Below are positions 1 through 7,353 of a stretch of DNA of 12,385 nucleotides, piece after piece. The stretch is from Planctomycetota bacterium. Its GTDB lineage: Bacteria > Planctomycetota > UBA1135 > GCA-002686595. The notes beneath the pieces are model-generated. The model saw nothing but the letters and a program-made list of their open reading frames with translations, searched no databases and was not told where the DNA came from. The DNA lies in contig SMVQ01000156.1 of the NCBI GenBank assembly GCA_004357655.1, positions 1 through 12,385 on the forward strand, given 5' to 3'. The first letter of the stretch is position 1. Every line of letters begins with the position of its first letter. Position numbers and translations under genes: made by a program.

Positions 1-939
1 GACGAGGATGAGCGCGATGACGAACAGCACTCCGCGGAGGTCGAGCACCTGCATGTCCTCGGCGGTGAGGCGCGCGGGCAGGACGATGAACAGCGACGAG
101 ATGAGGAGCACCCGCAGGTTCTCCTTGAACTCGATGATGTGGCGCTTCGGCACCGCCTTCTGGTTCGCGATCAGGAACCCCATGAGCGTCACCGCGAGCA
201 GGCCCGACTCGGGCTGGAGGTTCTGCGCGATGGTGAAGATCGCGAGCACGACGGCCAGCGTCGCAGGGCTGTGGAGAGCGTCGGGGATCCAGTGCCGGCG
301 CAGCGGCTGGGCGATCATGACCGTGCCCAGGACACCGAACCCGCCCCCGACGAGCACGGTGCGGACGAGGCCCCAGGCCGCGGTCGTCGTCGACTGGATC
401 GAGCGCTCCCCGAGGATCGCGTGGAAGACGAGCACGGCGAGCGTCGCGCCGATGACGTCGGCCACGATGCCCTCCCATTTCGCCACGGGACCCACCTGCC
501 CCCGCGGCCGTACGTGGCGCAGGAGGGGACCGATCACGGTGGGTCCCGTGATGGTCATGATGGCCCCGAAGAGAATGGCGACGGGCCACGAGAGCTGCGT
601 GACCCAGTGCGCGAGCAGGGCGGAGAGCACGAGCGTCGCGAGCACGCCCACGGTCATCAGGCGGACGAGGACGGGCCGGATCGAGCGCAGCTCGGCGAGG
701 TTCAGCCCGAGGCCGCCCTCGAAGAGGATGACCGCCACGGACAGCGATACGAGCGGGAACAGGAGCTCGCCCAGGAACTCGTCCGGGTCGAGGAAGCCCG
801 TGACGGGCCCGGCCAGGAGCCCGCACACGAGCAGGAGCAGGATGGAGGGCAGGCGGGCGCGCCAGGCGAGCCACTGCGCCGCGATGCCGACGACGATGAT
901 GCTCGCGAGGCCGACGAGGAGCTGGTCGGTACTCTCCAT
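1..939 (-). CDS. Na+/H+ (cation:proton) antiporter, CPA1/NhaP-like, partial (C-terminus beyond window edge)
   Basis: The reverse complement of 901-939 reads ATGGAGAGTACCGACCAG..., giving MESTDQLLVGLASIIVVGIAAQWLAWRARLPSILLLLVCGLLAGPVTGF... This frame stays open to position 1 and has no stop in the window, so it is missing from the ORF track. The translation is a run of hydrophobic TM helices with CPA1-like motifs (ILFEGGLGLNL and FGAIMTITGPTVIGPLL). The long plus-strand ORF 8-1189 over the same DNA is Arg/Ser/Thr-rich and is judged an antisense shadow. No clear Shine-Dalgarno (SD) sequence was seen upstream of the ATG at 939. Confidence 0.72.
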   Translation of the reverse strand, partial: MESTDQLLVGLASIIVVGIAAQWLAWRARLPSILLLLVCGLLAGPVTGFLDPDEFLGELLFPLVSLSVAVILFEGGLGLNLAELRSIRPVLVRLMTVGVLATLVLSALLAHWVTQLSWPVAILFGAIMTITGPTVIGPLLRHVRPRGQVGPVAKWEGIVADVIGATLAVLVFHAILGERSIQSTTTAAWGLVRTVLVGGGFGVLGTVMIAQPLRRHWIPDALHSPATLAVVLAIFTIAQNLQPESGLLAVTLMGFLIANQKAVPKRHIIEFKENLRVLLISSLFIVLPARLTAEDMQVLDLRGVLFVIALILV

Positions 940-1146
940 GCGCGAGCCGGAGCATAGGGCGCCCCGGCCCCGACCGGTAGCGCCCCGGCGGGTGTCGTGT
1001 TCGTCAATTTTGCGTTCAGGGGACGACGACCGGTACGGCCGCTGGCAGACTGTCGCCTCCCGTCGAAGCGTCGCCGGGTTACACGACTGGCCCCGCCGCG
1101 TACGCCTCGCTGACAGAGAACCCGAACCCCGAACAGGAGCTCAACG
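940..1146. promoter_or_regulatory. divergent intergenic region (207 bp), presumably holding promoters for the antiporter (-) and the yceI-like gene (+)
   Basis: This is the only non-coding stretch longer than 100 bp in the window, and the genes flanking it diverge. It contains an AT-richer patch (gttcgtcaattttgcgttcagg) in an otherwise roughly 70% GC context, and an AGGAG SD at 1135-1139, 7 nt before the ATG at 1147. No promoter hexamers can be assigned with confidence. Confidence 0.3.
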
Positions 1147-1755
1147 ATGCGCCTTCCCCACATCCTCATCCCACTCTCGCTCGCCGTGACCGGCGCGGTC
1201 CTCCTCGGAGCGAAGCCGGCCTCGGCACCCGCCGCGGCCTCGCCGACCGCATCCGCGGCCGACGTCTACATCGTGGACCCCGTCCATTCTTTCATCCTCT
1301 TCAGCATCATCCATGTCGGAGCGAGCCGGGCGTACGGGCGCTTCAACGAGTTCGAGGGCCGCATCGAGCTCGCGGCCGACGCGGCCGAGAGCTCGGTCAG
1401 GTTCGAGCTGAAGACGGGCAGCGTGGACACGGGCAACGATGGCCGGGACAAGCATATTCGGAGCGCCGACTTCCTGAACGCCGGCGAGTTTCCCGTCGCC
1501 ACCTTCCAGTCGACGCAGGTGATCCAGGACGGCGACGTCTATCGCGTCACCGGCGACTTCACCCTGCACGGGGTCACCAAGGAGGTGAAGCTCGACATGG
1601 AGCTCGTCGGCATGGGCAAGATGCGCGGGAACACCGTCGCTGGTTTTCACGGCGAGCTCGAGTTCAAGCGCGCGGATTTCGGGATGGACGGCATGCTGAA
1701 CATGCTGTCGGACGAGATGACACTGATCATCAGCGTCGAGGCGAAGCTCCAGTAA
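1147..1755 (+). CDS. YceI-like family periplasmic protein (polyisoprenoid-binding lipocalin-like)
   Basis: A 202-aa ORF with an AGGAG SD 7 nt upstream. It has an N-terminal signal peptide (MRLPHILIPLSLAVTGAVLLGAKPASA). The mature part shows the YceI pattern (VYIVDPVHSFILFSIIHVGASRAYGRFNEFEGRIEL ... FLNAGEFPVATFQST ... GDFTLHGVTKEV). The call is family-level recognition from memory, not a database search. Confidence 0.85.
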   Translation: MRLPHILIPLSLAVTGAVLLGAKPASAPAAASPTASAADVYIVDPVHSFILFSIIHVGASRAYGRFNEFEGRIELAADAAESSVRFELKTGSVDTGNDGRDKHIRSADFLNAGEFPVATFQSTQVIQDGDVYRVTGDFTLHGVTKEVKLDMELVGMGKMRGNTVAGFHGELEFKRADFGMDGMLNMLSDEMTLIISVEAKLQ

Positions 1756-1762
1756 CGGAGGC

Positions 1763-2605
1763 GTGTTCCACCCCCTGCCGATCCTCTACGCGTTCGCGGC
1801 GGCGGCCGCGCTCCTCGCCCTCGCGTGGCGTCCATGGCGGCGCGAGGCGGAGAGCTCGCACGCCCCGGTCTTGACGGCGCTCGCGTTCGCCGCGGGTTTC
1901 GGATTGGCCCAGGTCGCGCTCTACGGCCTGCCGCAGATTCCTCCGAGTGCCCGCTCGGAATGGCTCGGGTTCCTCGTCCTCGCCACCCTGGCGCTCGTGC
2001 CCCTCGAGCGCAGTTCGAGAGGCGGGCGCGTTCCGCTGCTGCTCAGCTCGCTCGCGCTCGCGGCGTGGTTCCTGTGGACGACCACGGGACCCAAGCGCGA
2101 GTACACCTGGGACAACCCGGCGACGGCGCTCTGGCTCGGCGGCGCTCTCGCTGCGTGGCTCTGGCACACGGCATCCCTGCGCGATCTCGCCCGGCGGCGC
2201 GCCGGCGGCCCCAGCCTCCCACTCGTCCTGTTCGCGACGACCGTCGGAATCGCCGTCGTCGTCGGTCTCAGCGGCAGCGTGAACTACGCGCACCTCGCCG
2301 GAGCGCTCGCCCCCGCCCTCGGCGGGCTCGTGATCCTGGGGGTGTGGCGTCCGGACCTCGCCGCGTTGACGTCCGCCACGGCACCGCTGGCGACGGCGCT
2401 GCTCGGGCTGCTCTGGATCGGCATCCTGTTCGCCGAAGTCCCGTGGCCGGTCGCGCTGCTCCTGCTCGCGGCCCCGGAGGCGGCACGCCTGCCCGCCTGG
2501 GGACCGGACTCCGGTTGGAAGGCGGCGATCCCGCGGCTCGTAGGCGCGGCGCTCCCGATCGCCGCAGCGGTGGTGCTCTCCCTACCGGAGGAGCCCTACT
2601 ACTGA
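1763..2605 (+). CDS. polytopic integral membrane protein of unknown function (about 9-10 predicted TM helices)
   Basis: A 280-aa ORF starting 7 nt after the yceI-like TAA stop (1753-1755). The only in-frame ATG/GTG/TTG at the 5' end is the GTG at 1763. A GGAGG at 1757-1761 sits only 1 nt upstream, so the pair is probably translationally coupled. The product is very hydrophobic and Ala/Leu-rich, with at least nine hydrophobic stretches of 15-22 residues. It lacks the conserved His pairs of cytochrome b561, the usual YceI neighbour. The exact start is uncertain. Confidence 0.6.
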   Translation: MFHPLPILYAFAAAAALLALAWRPWRREAESSHAPVLTALAFAAGFGLAQVALYGLPQIPPSARSEWLGFLVLATLALVPLERSSRGGRVPLLLSSLALAAWFLWTTTGPKREYTWDNPATALWLGGALAAWLWHTASLRDLARRRAGGPSLPLVLFATTVGIAVVVGLSGSVNYAHLAGALAPALGGLVILGVWRPDLAALTSATAPLATALLGLLWIGILFAEVPWPVALLLLAAPEAARLPAWGPDSGWKAAIPRLVGAALPIAAAVVLSLPEEPYY

Positions 2606-2629
2606 TGCGGCTCGGCGCGGCGGTAGGAT

Positions 2630-2651
2630 GCGCGGCTGTACGAGGCCGCGC
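2630..2651 (+). other. small GC hairpin in the 66-nt intergenic spacer (stem GCGCGGC / GCCGCGC, 8-nt loop)
   Basis: A perfect 7-bp inverted repeat, gcgcggc-tgtacgag-gccgcgc, lies between the membrane protein's stop and the hydrolase's start. It has no U-tract, so it may be an attenuator or terminator, or just a chance GC palindrome. Confidence 0.2.
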
Positions 2652-2671
2652 CGCTCGAACCAGGACGATCC

Positions 2672-5080
2672 ATGAAACTGCTCTTCACATTCGCACTCGC
2701 TGCGTTCGCCGTTCTCGACGCGCGGGCCATCGCGGCCGTGCCCGAGCAGGAGACACCCGAGGACATCGTCGTCCGGGACTGGCTGGTCCTCGACCCGATC
2801 GACGATCGGGGGCGGCGGCCGTTCCGCCCGGATGCGGTCTTCCATCGCTACCTCTGGAGCCCGCTCGACCGGCCCGCCGCCGGGGATTCCGTCGCGGGGA
2901 CGAAGGGGCGCGCGACGTGGGAGGCGCGTGAGGCGGCCGAGGATGGGACGGTCGCGCGCGGGCCCTACGGGTACGCCTACGCGCGTATCGAGTCCGAGGA
3001 GCCGCGCGTCGTGCTCGCGGATCTCCGCGGCGCGTCGACGCTCTTCGTGAACGGGCAGGCGTTCGCCGGGGACGGCTACCGGTTCGGGTTCGGCGGCGTG
3101 CCGGTGGCGCTCGACGCGGGTGTGAACGACCTCTTCGTCACGGGGATTCGGGGGGGCTTTCGGCTCACGCTGCACGCGACGCAGGATGGCCTCGTGCATG
3201 GCGCTTGGGACACGACCCGCCCGCATCTTCTGACGGACTATCCGCCGCGGGGCGCCGTGGGCGTGCTGTTGCTCAACGCGAGCACGGAGCCGACGGGGCC
3301 GCTCGTCGTGGAGTACGGGGGCCAGGCCCCGATCACGCGCGCCGCCATCCTTCTCGCGCACGGGATCCCGGCGCTCGGGTCGCTCAAGGTGCCGCTCGGT
3401 CTCGCGGGCCGCGCCGTCCCCGCGGGCGTCGAACAGGTCGCGCTCCCGGTACTCGTGCGGAGCGAGGGCGGAGACGAGCTGCTCGCGTTCGAGCTCACGC
3501 TCGACGTCGTCGCGCCGGGCGCCAAGCACCTCGCGACCTACGTCTCGGAGGTGGACGGCGCGGCGCTCGAGTACGCGGTCGTGCCGCCCGCCACGGGCGA
3601 GCCGTTCGAAGGCGAGCGCGCCATCGCCCTCAGCCTGCACGGCGCCGGGGTCACGGCCTGGCGCCAGGCCGCCTGCTACGCGCCCAAGCCCGACTTCTGG
3701 ATCGTGTGTCCCACCAACCGCCGGCCGTACGGCTTCGACTGGCAGGACTGGGGCCGGCGCGACGCGTACGACGTCCTGGCCGAGGTCCTGGCGCGGACCG
3801 GCGTCGCGCGCTCACGCGTCTTCGTGACGGGGCACTCGATGGGGGGCCACGGGGCGTGGCACCTCGCGGCCAACGACCTCGACGGTTTCGCGGCGTGCGG
3901 CCCGAGCGCGGCGTGGGAGAGCTTCGATTCCTACGGCGGTCGGCCCGAGGGCGCGCGCCGCGAGCTCTGGCACGCCGCGGACGCTTCGTCACGGACTCTG
4001 GCGCTCATCGACAACCTGCGTCAGATGCCGGCGTTCGTGCTGCACGGCACCCAGGACAACACCGTGCCCGTGAGCGAAGCGATGACGATGATCGCGGCGC
4101 TCACGGAGGCGAACGGCACGTTCAGCGCGCACATGCAGGGGGGCGCGGGACACTGGTGGGGCAACCAGTGCATGGACTTCGGACCGATCTTCGAGTTCTT
4201 CCGCGGCCAGGCCCTGGCCGATGATCCCGCGGAGATCGACTTCACCACCGTCGATCCCGGTGTCGACGCCGCGCACTACTGGGTCCGCGTCGAGCAGCCG
4301 ATCCGCTACGGCGAACCCATCCGGATCCGCGGCGAATGGGACGCCGAGACGCGCACGGCCACGCTCACGACCGAGAACGCGGGCTGGATCGGGATCACCC
4401 GCGCGGCCGACGAGGTCGTGATCGACGGGGTGAAGGTCGGGCTCAGGGCCTCCGAGGCGGGCGTCTTCTGGTTCGCGCGCGCGCGCGGGGAGTGGGCGCC
4501 GGCGCCCGACCCGGCTTTCGGTCGGATCAAGCGCTCCACCCTGTGCGGACCGTTCAAGCGCGCCTTCGACCGCCGCTTCGTGCTGGTCGCGGGAACGGCG
4601 GGTTCGGAAGACGAGAGCGCCGAGCTCCTGTCACGCGCGTCCTACGACGCGGGGGTCTGGTGGTACCGGGGCAATGGCCGCGCCGACCTCGTCACCGACG
4701 CCCAGTTCCTAGCCGGGGACTTCGCGGGTCGCAACGTGATCCTGTACGGCAACCGCGACACGAACGCCGCCTGGACGGAGGTCCTGCCCGCCGACTGCCC
4801 GTTGGACGCGCGCCGGGGCCGGCTCACGCTCGGCGCCGAGGAGCTCGAGGGCTCCGACGTCGCCGCGGTGTTCCTGTACCCGCGGGCGAACGAGACGGAG
4901 ACGCTCGTCGGCGTGTTCGCCGACACGGGCATCCCCGGGACACGGCTCGGATACACGCTCGCGCCCTTCGTGTCCGGTGTCGGCTACCCCGACTACGCGG
5001 TGTACGACGGCGCAGTGCTCGAGGAGGGCGACGGCGGAGTGCGCTTCGCGGGCTGGTTCGACCAGGTCTGGGGGCTGTGA
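2672..5080 (+). CDS. secreted three-domain alpha/beta-hydrolase (S9-like esterase/peptidase core flanked by N- and C-terminal domains of unknown function)
   Basis: An 802-aa ORF with a signal peptide (MKLLFTFALAAFAVLDARA). The central region carries an HGxG oxyanion-hole-like motif (LSLHGAGVTAW), a nucleophile elbow (GHSMGG), an acid motif (HGTQDNTVPV) and a His motif (GAGHWW). Together these are a Ser-Asp-His triad in the order typical of S9/dienelactone-hydrolase-type alpha/beta hydrolases. The N-terminal roughly 300 aa contain an LFVNGQAFAGDGYRFGF motif reminiscent of galactose-binding-like beta-sandwich domains. The C-terminal roughly 290 aa are unassigned. A weak AGGA lies 6 nt before the ATG. 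Confidence 0.8.
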   Translation: MKLLFTFALAAFAVLDARAIAAVPEQETPEDIVVRDWLVLDPIDDRGRRPFRPDAVFHRYLWSPLDRPAAGDSVAGTKGRATWEAREAAEDGTVARGPYGYAYARIESEEPRVVLADLRGASTLFVNGQAFAGDGYRFGFGGVPVALDAGVNDLFVTGIRGGFRLTLHATQDGLVHGAWDTTRPHLLTDYPPRGAVGVLLLNASTEPTGPLVVEYGGQAPITRAAILLAHGIPALGSLKVPLGLAGRAVPAGVEQVALPVLVRSEGGDELLAFELTLDVVAPGAKHLATYVSEVDGAALEYAVVPPATGEPFEGERAIALSLHGAGVTAWRQAACYAPKPDFWIVCPTNRRPYGFDWQDWGRRDAYDVLAEVLARTGVARSRVFVTGHSMGGHGAWHLAANDLDGFAACGPSAAWESFDSYGGRPEGARRELWHAADASSRTLALIDNLRQMPAFVLHGTQDNTVPVSEAMTMIAALTEANGTFSAHMQGGAGHWWGNQCMDFGPIFEFFRGQALADDPAEIDFTTVDPGVDAAHYWVRVEQPIRYGEPIRIRGEWDAETRTATLTTENAGWIGITRAADEVVIDGVKVGLRASEAGVFWFARARGEWAPAPDPAFGRIKRSTLCGPFKRAFDRRFVLVAGTAGSEDESAELLSRASYDAGVWWYRGNGRADLVTDAQFLAGDFAGRNVILYGNRDTNAAWTEVLPADCPLDARRGRLTLGAEELEGSDVAAVFLYPRANETETLVGVFADTGIPGTRLGYTLAPFVSGVGYPDYAVYDGAVLEEGDGGVRFAGWFDQVWGL

Positions 5081-5099
5081 GTCGCCGGTTCCGGCTGCG

Positions 5100-7289
5100 C
5101 TACTGAAGCTGGAACGCCGGCTGCATGTCGAGCGCGCGCACGAGGAACGCCCACCTGTCGGTCGCCTCCTCGAGCCGCTGAGACCGTGACTTCCCGGCGC
5201 CATGGCCCGCGCGCGTCTCGATGCGGATCAGGATCGGATCGGTGCCGCCCTGTGCATACTGGAGCGCGGCGGCGTACTTGAAGCTGTGGGCGGGGACGAC
5301 GCGGTCGTCGTGGTCGGCGGTCGTGATGAGCGTCGGGGGATAGGACGCGCCGGCCTTCGTATTGTGGAGGGGCGAGTACGCGAGGAGCGTCGGGAACATC
5401 TCCGGGTCATCCGCCGTGCCGTAGTCGGAGGCCCACGCCCAGCCGACCGTGAACAGGTGGTAGCGCAGCATGTCCTGCACGCCGACCGCGGGCAGCGCGG
5501 CTCCGAACAGGTCGGGGCGTTGGTTGAGGCACGCTGCGACGAGCAGTCCGCCGTTGCTCCCACCGGCGATCGCGAGGCGGTCGCGCGTCGTGACCCCGGA
5601 GAGGATGAGGAACTCCGCCGCGGCGATGAAGTCGTCGAAGACGTTCTGCTTGTTCTGCAGCGTGCCGGCGAGGTGCCACGCCCGTCCGTACTCGCCCCCG
5701 CCGCGAATGTTCGCGACGGCATAGACCCCGCCCATCTCGAGCCAGGCCGCGATCGAGGCCGAGAAGCGCGGGCGTTGCGAGATGTTGAAGCCGCCGTAGC
5801 CGTAGAGCAGCGTGGGCTGACCGGTGGACGGGCCGGAAACGCGCGCGCGGGTGACGAACATCGGGATGCGCGTCCCGTCCTTGCTCCGATAGAACACCTG
5901 ATTCGTGACGAACTGGCTGGAATCGAACGGGACGTTCGAGCTCCGGACCTCCGTGCTCTCGCCGCTCTCGATGTCGTACCGGAAAATCGTGGACGGCGTC
6001 GTGTAGCTGCTGAACGTGTAGAACGTCTCGGTGTCGTCCTGCCGCCCGCCGAAGCCCGACGCCGTGCCGATCCCGGGCAGCGCCAGCTCGCCCAGGTCCT
6101 CGCCGTCCGGGGTGAACATGCGGACGACGGTCTTCGCGTCCGACAGGTAGGTCGCGAAGAGCCGGCCGCCGACGAACGACACGTCCTCGAGCGCCTCATC
6201 GCGCTCGGGCACGACCTCGGTCTGTCCTCCAGAGGGTGCCAGGTCGTACCGGATCACGCGGCCCTTGGGCGCGCTCAGGTCCGTCTGGATCCAGAACGTC
6301 CAGCCCTCGTTGCCGATCGGGACGTAGGAAGCGTCGAACGAGTCGAACAGGTGCAACACTACCGCGTCGGGATCGCGGAGGTCCTTGAAGTAGAGGCCGT
6401 TGTTGCGCGAGGTCCCCTGCGAGGCGTAGATCACGAGGAAGGCACCGTCGTCCGTCACCATCGGGGCGAACGTGCGGGAGGTGTTCAAGAGGTCCTCGTA
6501 CACGACCTCGTCTTCCGACTGCGGCGTGCCGAGACGGTGGTAGTAGAGCTTGTTGCTCTTGACCGTCGCCCGCATGCGATCCACGGTCTCGGGATATCTG
6601 GCGTAGAAGAAGCCGGCGTTGTCGTGCGTCCACGCCGGCGTGCCCCACTTGATCCACTCGAGGACCTCCTCGAGGTCTTCACCGGTCTCCAGGTCGCGTA
6701 TCCGGTACGTCCGCCAGTCCGAGCCGCCGTCGGACAGCCCATAGGCGAGGAAGCGGCCGTCCTCGGAGTACGACTTTCCGCCGAGCGACACGGTGCCGTC
6801 GTCCGAGAAATCGTTCGGGTCGAGCACGACCTCGGGCTCTGATTCGAGGTCTGGCGCGCGGCACAGCACGGACTGCTCCATCACGCCGTCGTTGTAGGTG
6901 AAGAAGTAGCGGCCGGCGCGCGCCTCGGGCAGCCCGAAGCGCTCGTTGTTCGAGAGCTCCTCCAGCCGCGCCCGGATGAGCGCGCGCTCGGGCACCTCGG
7001 CCAACCAGGCGTGCGTGTGGACGTTCTCGGCTTCGATCCAGCGCCGCGTCTCGGGCGAGTTGGGATCCTCGAGCCAGCGGTACGGATCGGCGACCAGCGT
7101 GCCGTGATAGTCGTCGACCACGTCGCCGCGCCGGGCGGTGGGGTACGGCGAGGGCGCCTCGGGGGGCGCGACCTGCACGGGGGTGGGCTCGACCGCGATG
7201 GTCGAGCTCGTGCAACCGCCGAGCACGGACAGCGCAAAGAGCGGGACTGGAAACGTACGGCCGAAAAGGGCGCGACGGGCACGGATCAT
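5100..7289 (-). CDS. prolyl oligopeptidase / prolyl endopeptidase (peptidase S9A), predicted lipoprotein
   Basis: A 729-aa ORF. The N-terminus has a lipobox (LFALSVLGG-C). The S9A N-terminal signature is present (DPYRWLEDPNSPETRRWIEAEN), followed by a long beta-propeller region. The C-terminal catalytic domain has the Ser nucleophile in GGSNGGLLVAA, plus a downstream Asp and His (TADHDDRVVPAHSFK ... RAGHGAG). A GGAGAA SD lies 7 nt upstream of the ATG at 7289 on the minus strand. Confidence 0.92.
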   Translation of the reverse strand: MIRARRALFGRTFPVPLFALSVLGGCTSSTIAVEPTPVQVAPPEAPSPYPTARRGDVVDDYHGTLVADPYRWLEDPNSPETRRWIEAENVHTHAWLAEVPERALIRARLEELSNNERFGLPEARAGRYFFTYNDGVMEQSVLCRAPDLESEPEVVLDPNDFSDDGTVSLGGKSYSEDGRFLAYGLSDGGSDWRTYRIRDLETGEDLEEVLEWIKWGTPAWTHDNAGFFYARYPETVDRMRATVKSNKLYYHRLGTPQSEDEVVYEDLLNTSRTFAPMVTDDGAFLVIYASQGTSRNNGLYFKDLRDPDAVVLHLFDSFDASYVPIGNEGWTFWIQTDLSAPKGRVIRYDLAPSGGQTEVVPERDEALEDVSFVGGRLFATYLSDAKTVVRMFTPDGEDLGELALPGIGTASGFGGRQDDTETFYTFSSYTTPSTIFRYDIESGESTEVRSSNVPFDSSQFVTNQVFYRSKDGTRIPMFVTRARVSGPSTGQPTLLYGYGGFNISQRPRFSASIAAWLEMGGVYAVANIRGGGEYGRAWHLAGTLQNKQNVFDDFIAAAEFLILSGVTTRDRLAIAGGSNGGLLVAACLNQRPDLFGAALPAVGVQDMLRYHLFTVGWAWASDYGTADDPEMFPTLLAYSPLHNTKAGASYPPTLITTADHDDRVVPAHSFKYAAALQYAQGGTDPILIRIETRAGHGAGKSRSQRLEEATDRWAFLVRALDMQPAFQLQ

Positions 7290-7353
7290 GAAAGATTCTC
7301 CTGCTCGACCTGGACGGGGAAGACGAGTCTACCCCTGCGGCGTGGCGAGCGTG

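Noticed and set aside
8-1189. 393-aa plus-strand ORF (and the nested 139-957 ORF) covering the left end
   Set aside because: The translation is Arg/Ser/Thr/Pro-rich with no hydrophobic core or motifs, which is typical of an off-frame read of high-GC DNA. The opposite strand in this interval encodes a clean multi-TM CPA1 antiporter starting at the ATG whose complement is 937-939.
2582-3640. 352-aa minus-strand ORF, plus 1825-2931, 3205-4224 and 4336-5106 plus-strand ORFs
   Set aside because: All overlap the well-supported YceI-partner or hydrolase genes in other frames and have extreme Arg/Gly/Pro/Ala composition (for example RRRRSQRQRELRAPRRSARPRPRRARD). They are GC-driven shadow ORFs.
5202-6842. 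546-aa plus-strand ORF and 5228-6199 / 6196-6657 / 6679-7215 minus-strand ORFs
   Set aside because: These are antisense or alternate frames of the prolyl oligopeptidase gene. Their composition (runs of R, E, D, G, V) looks non-protein, and the S9A gene is supported by DPYRWLED and GGSNGG motifs.
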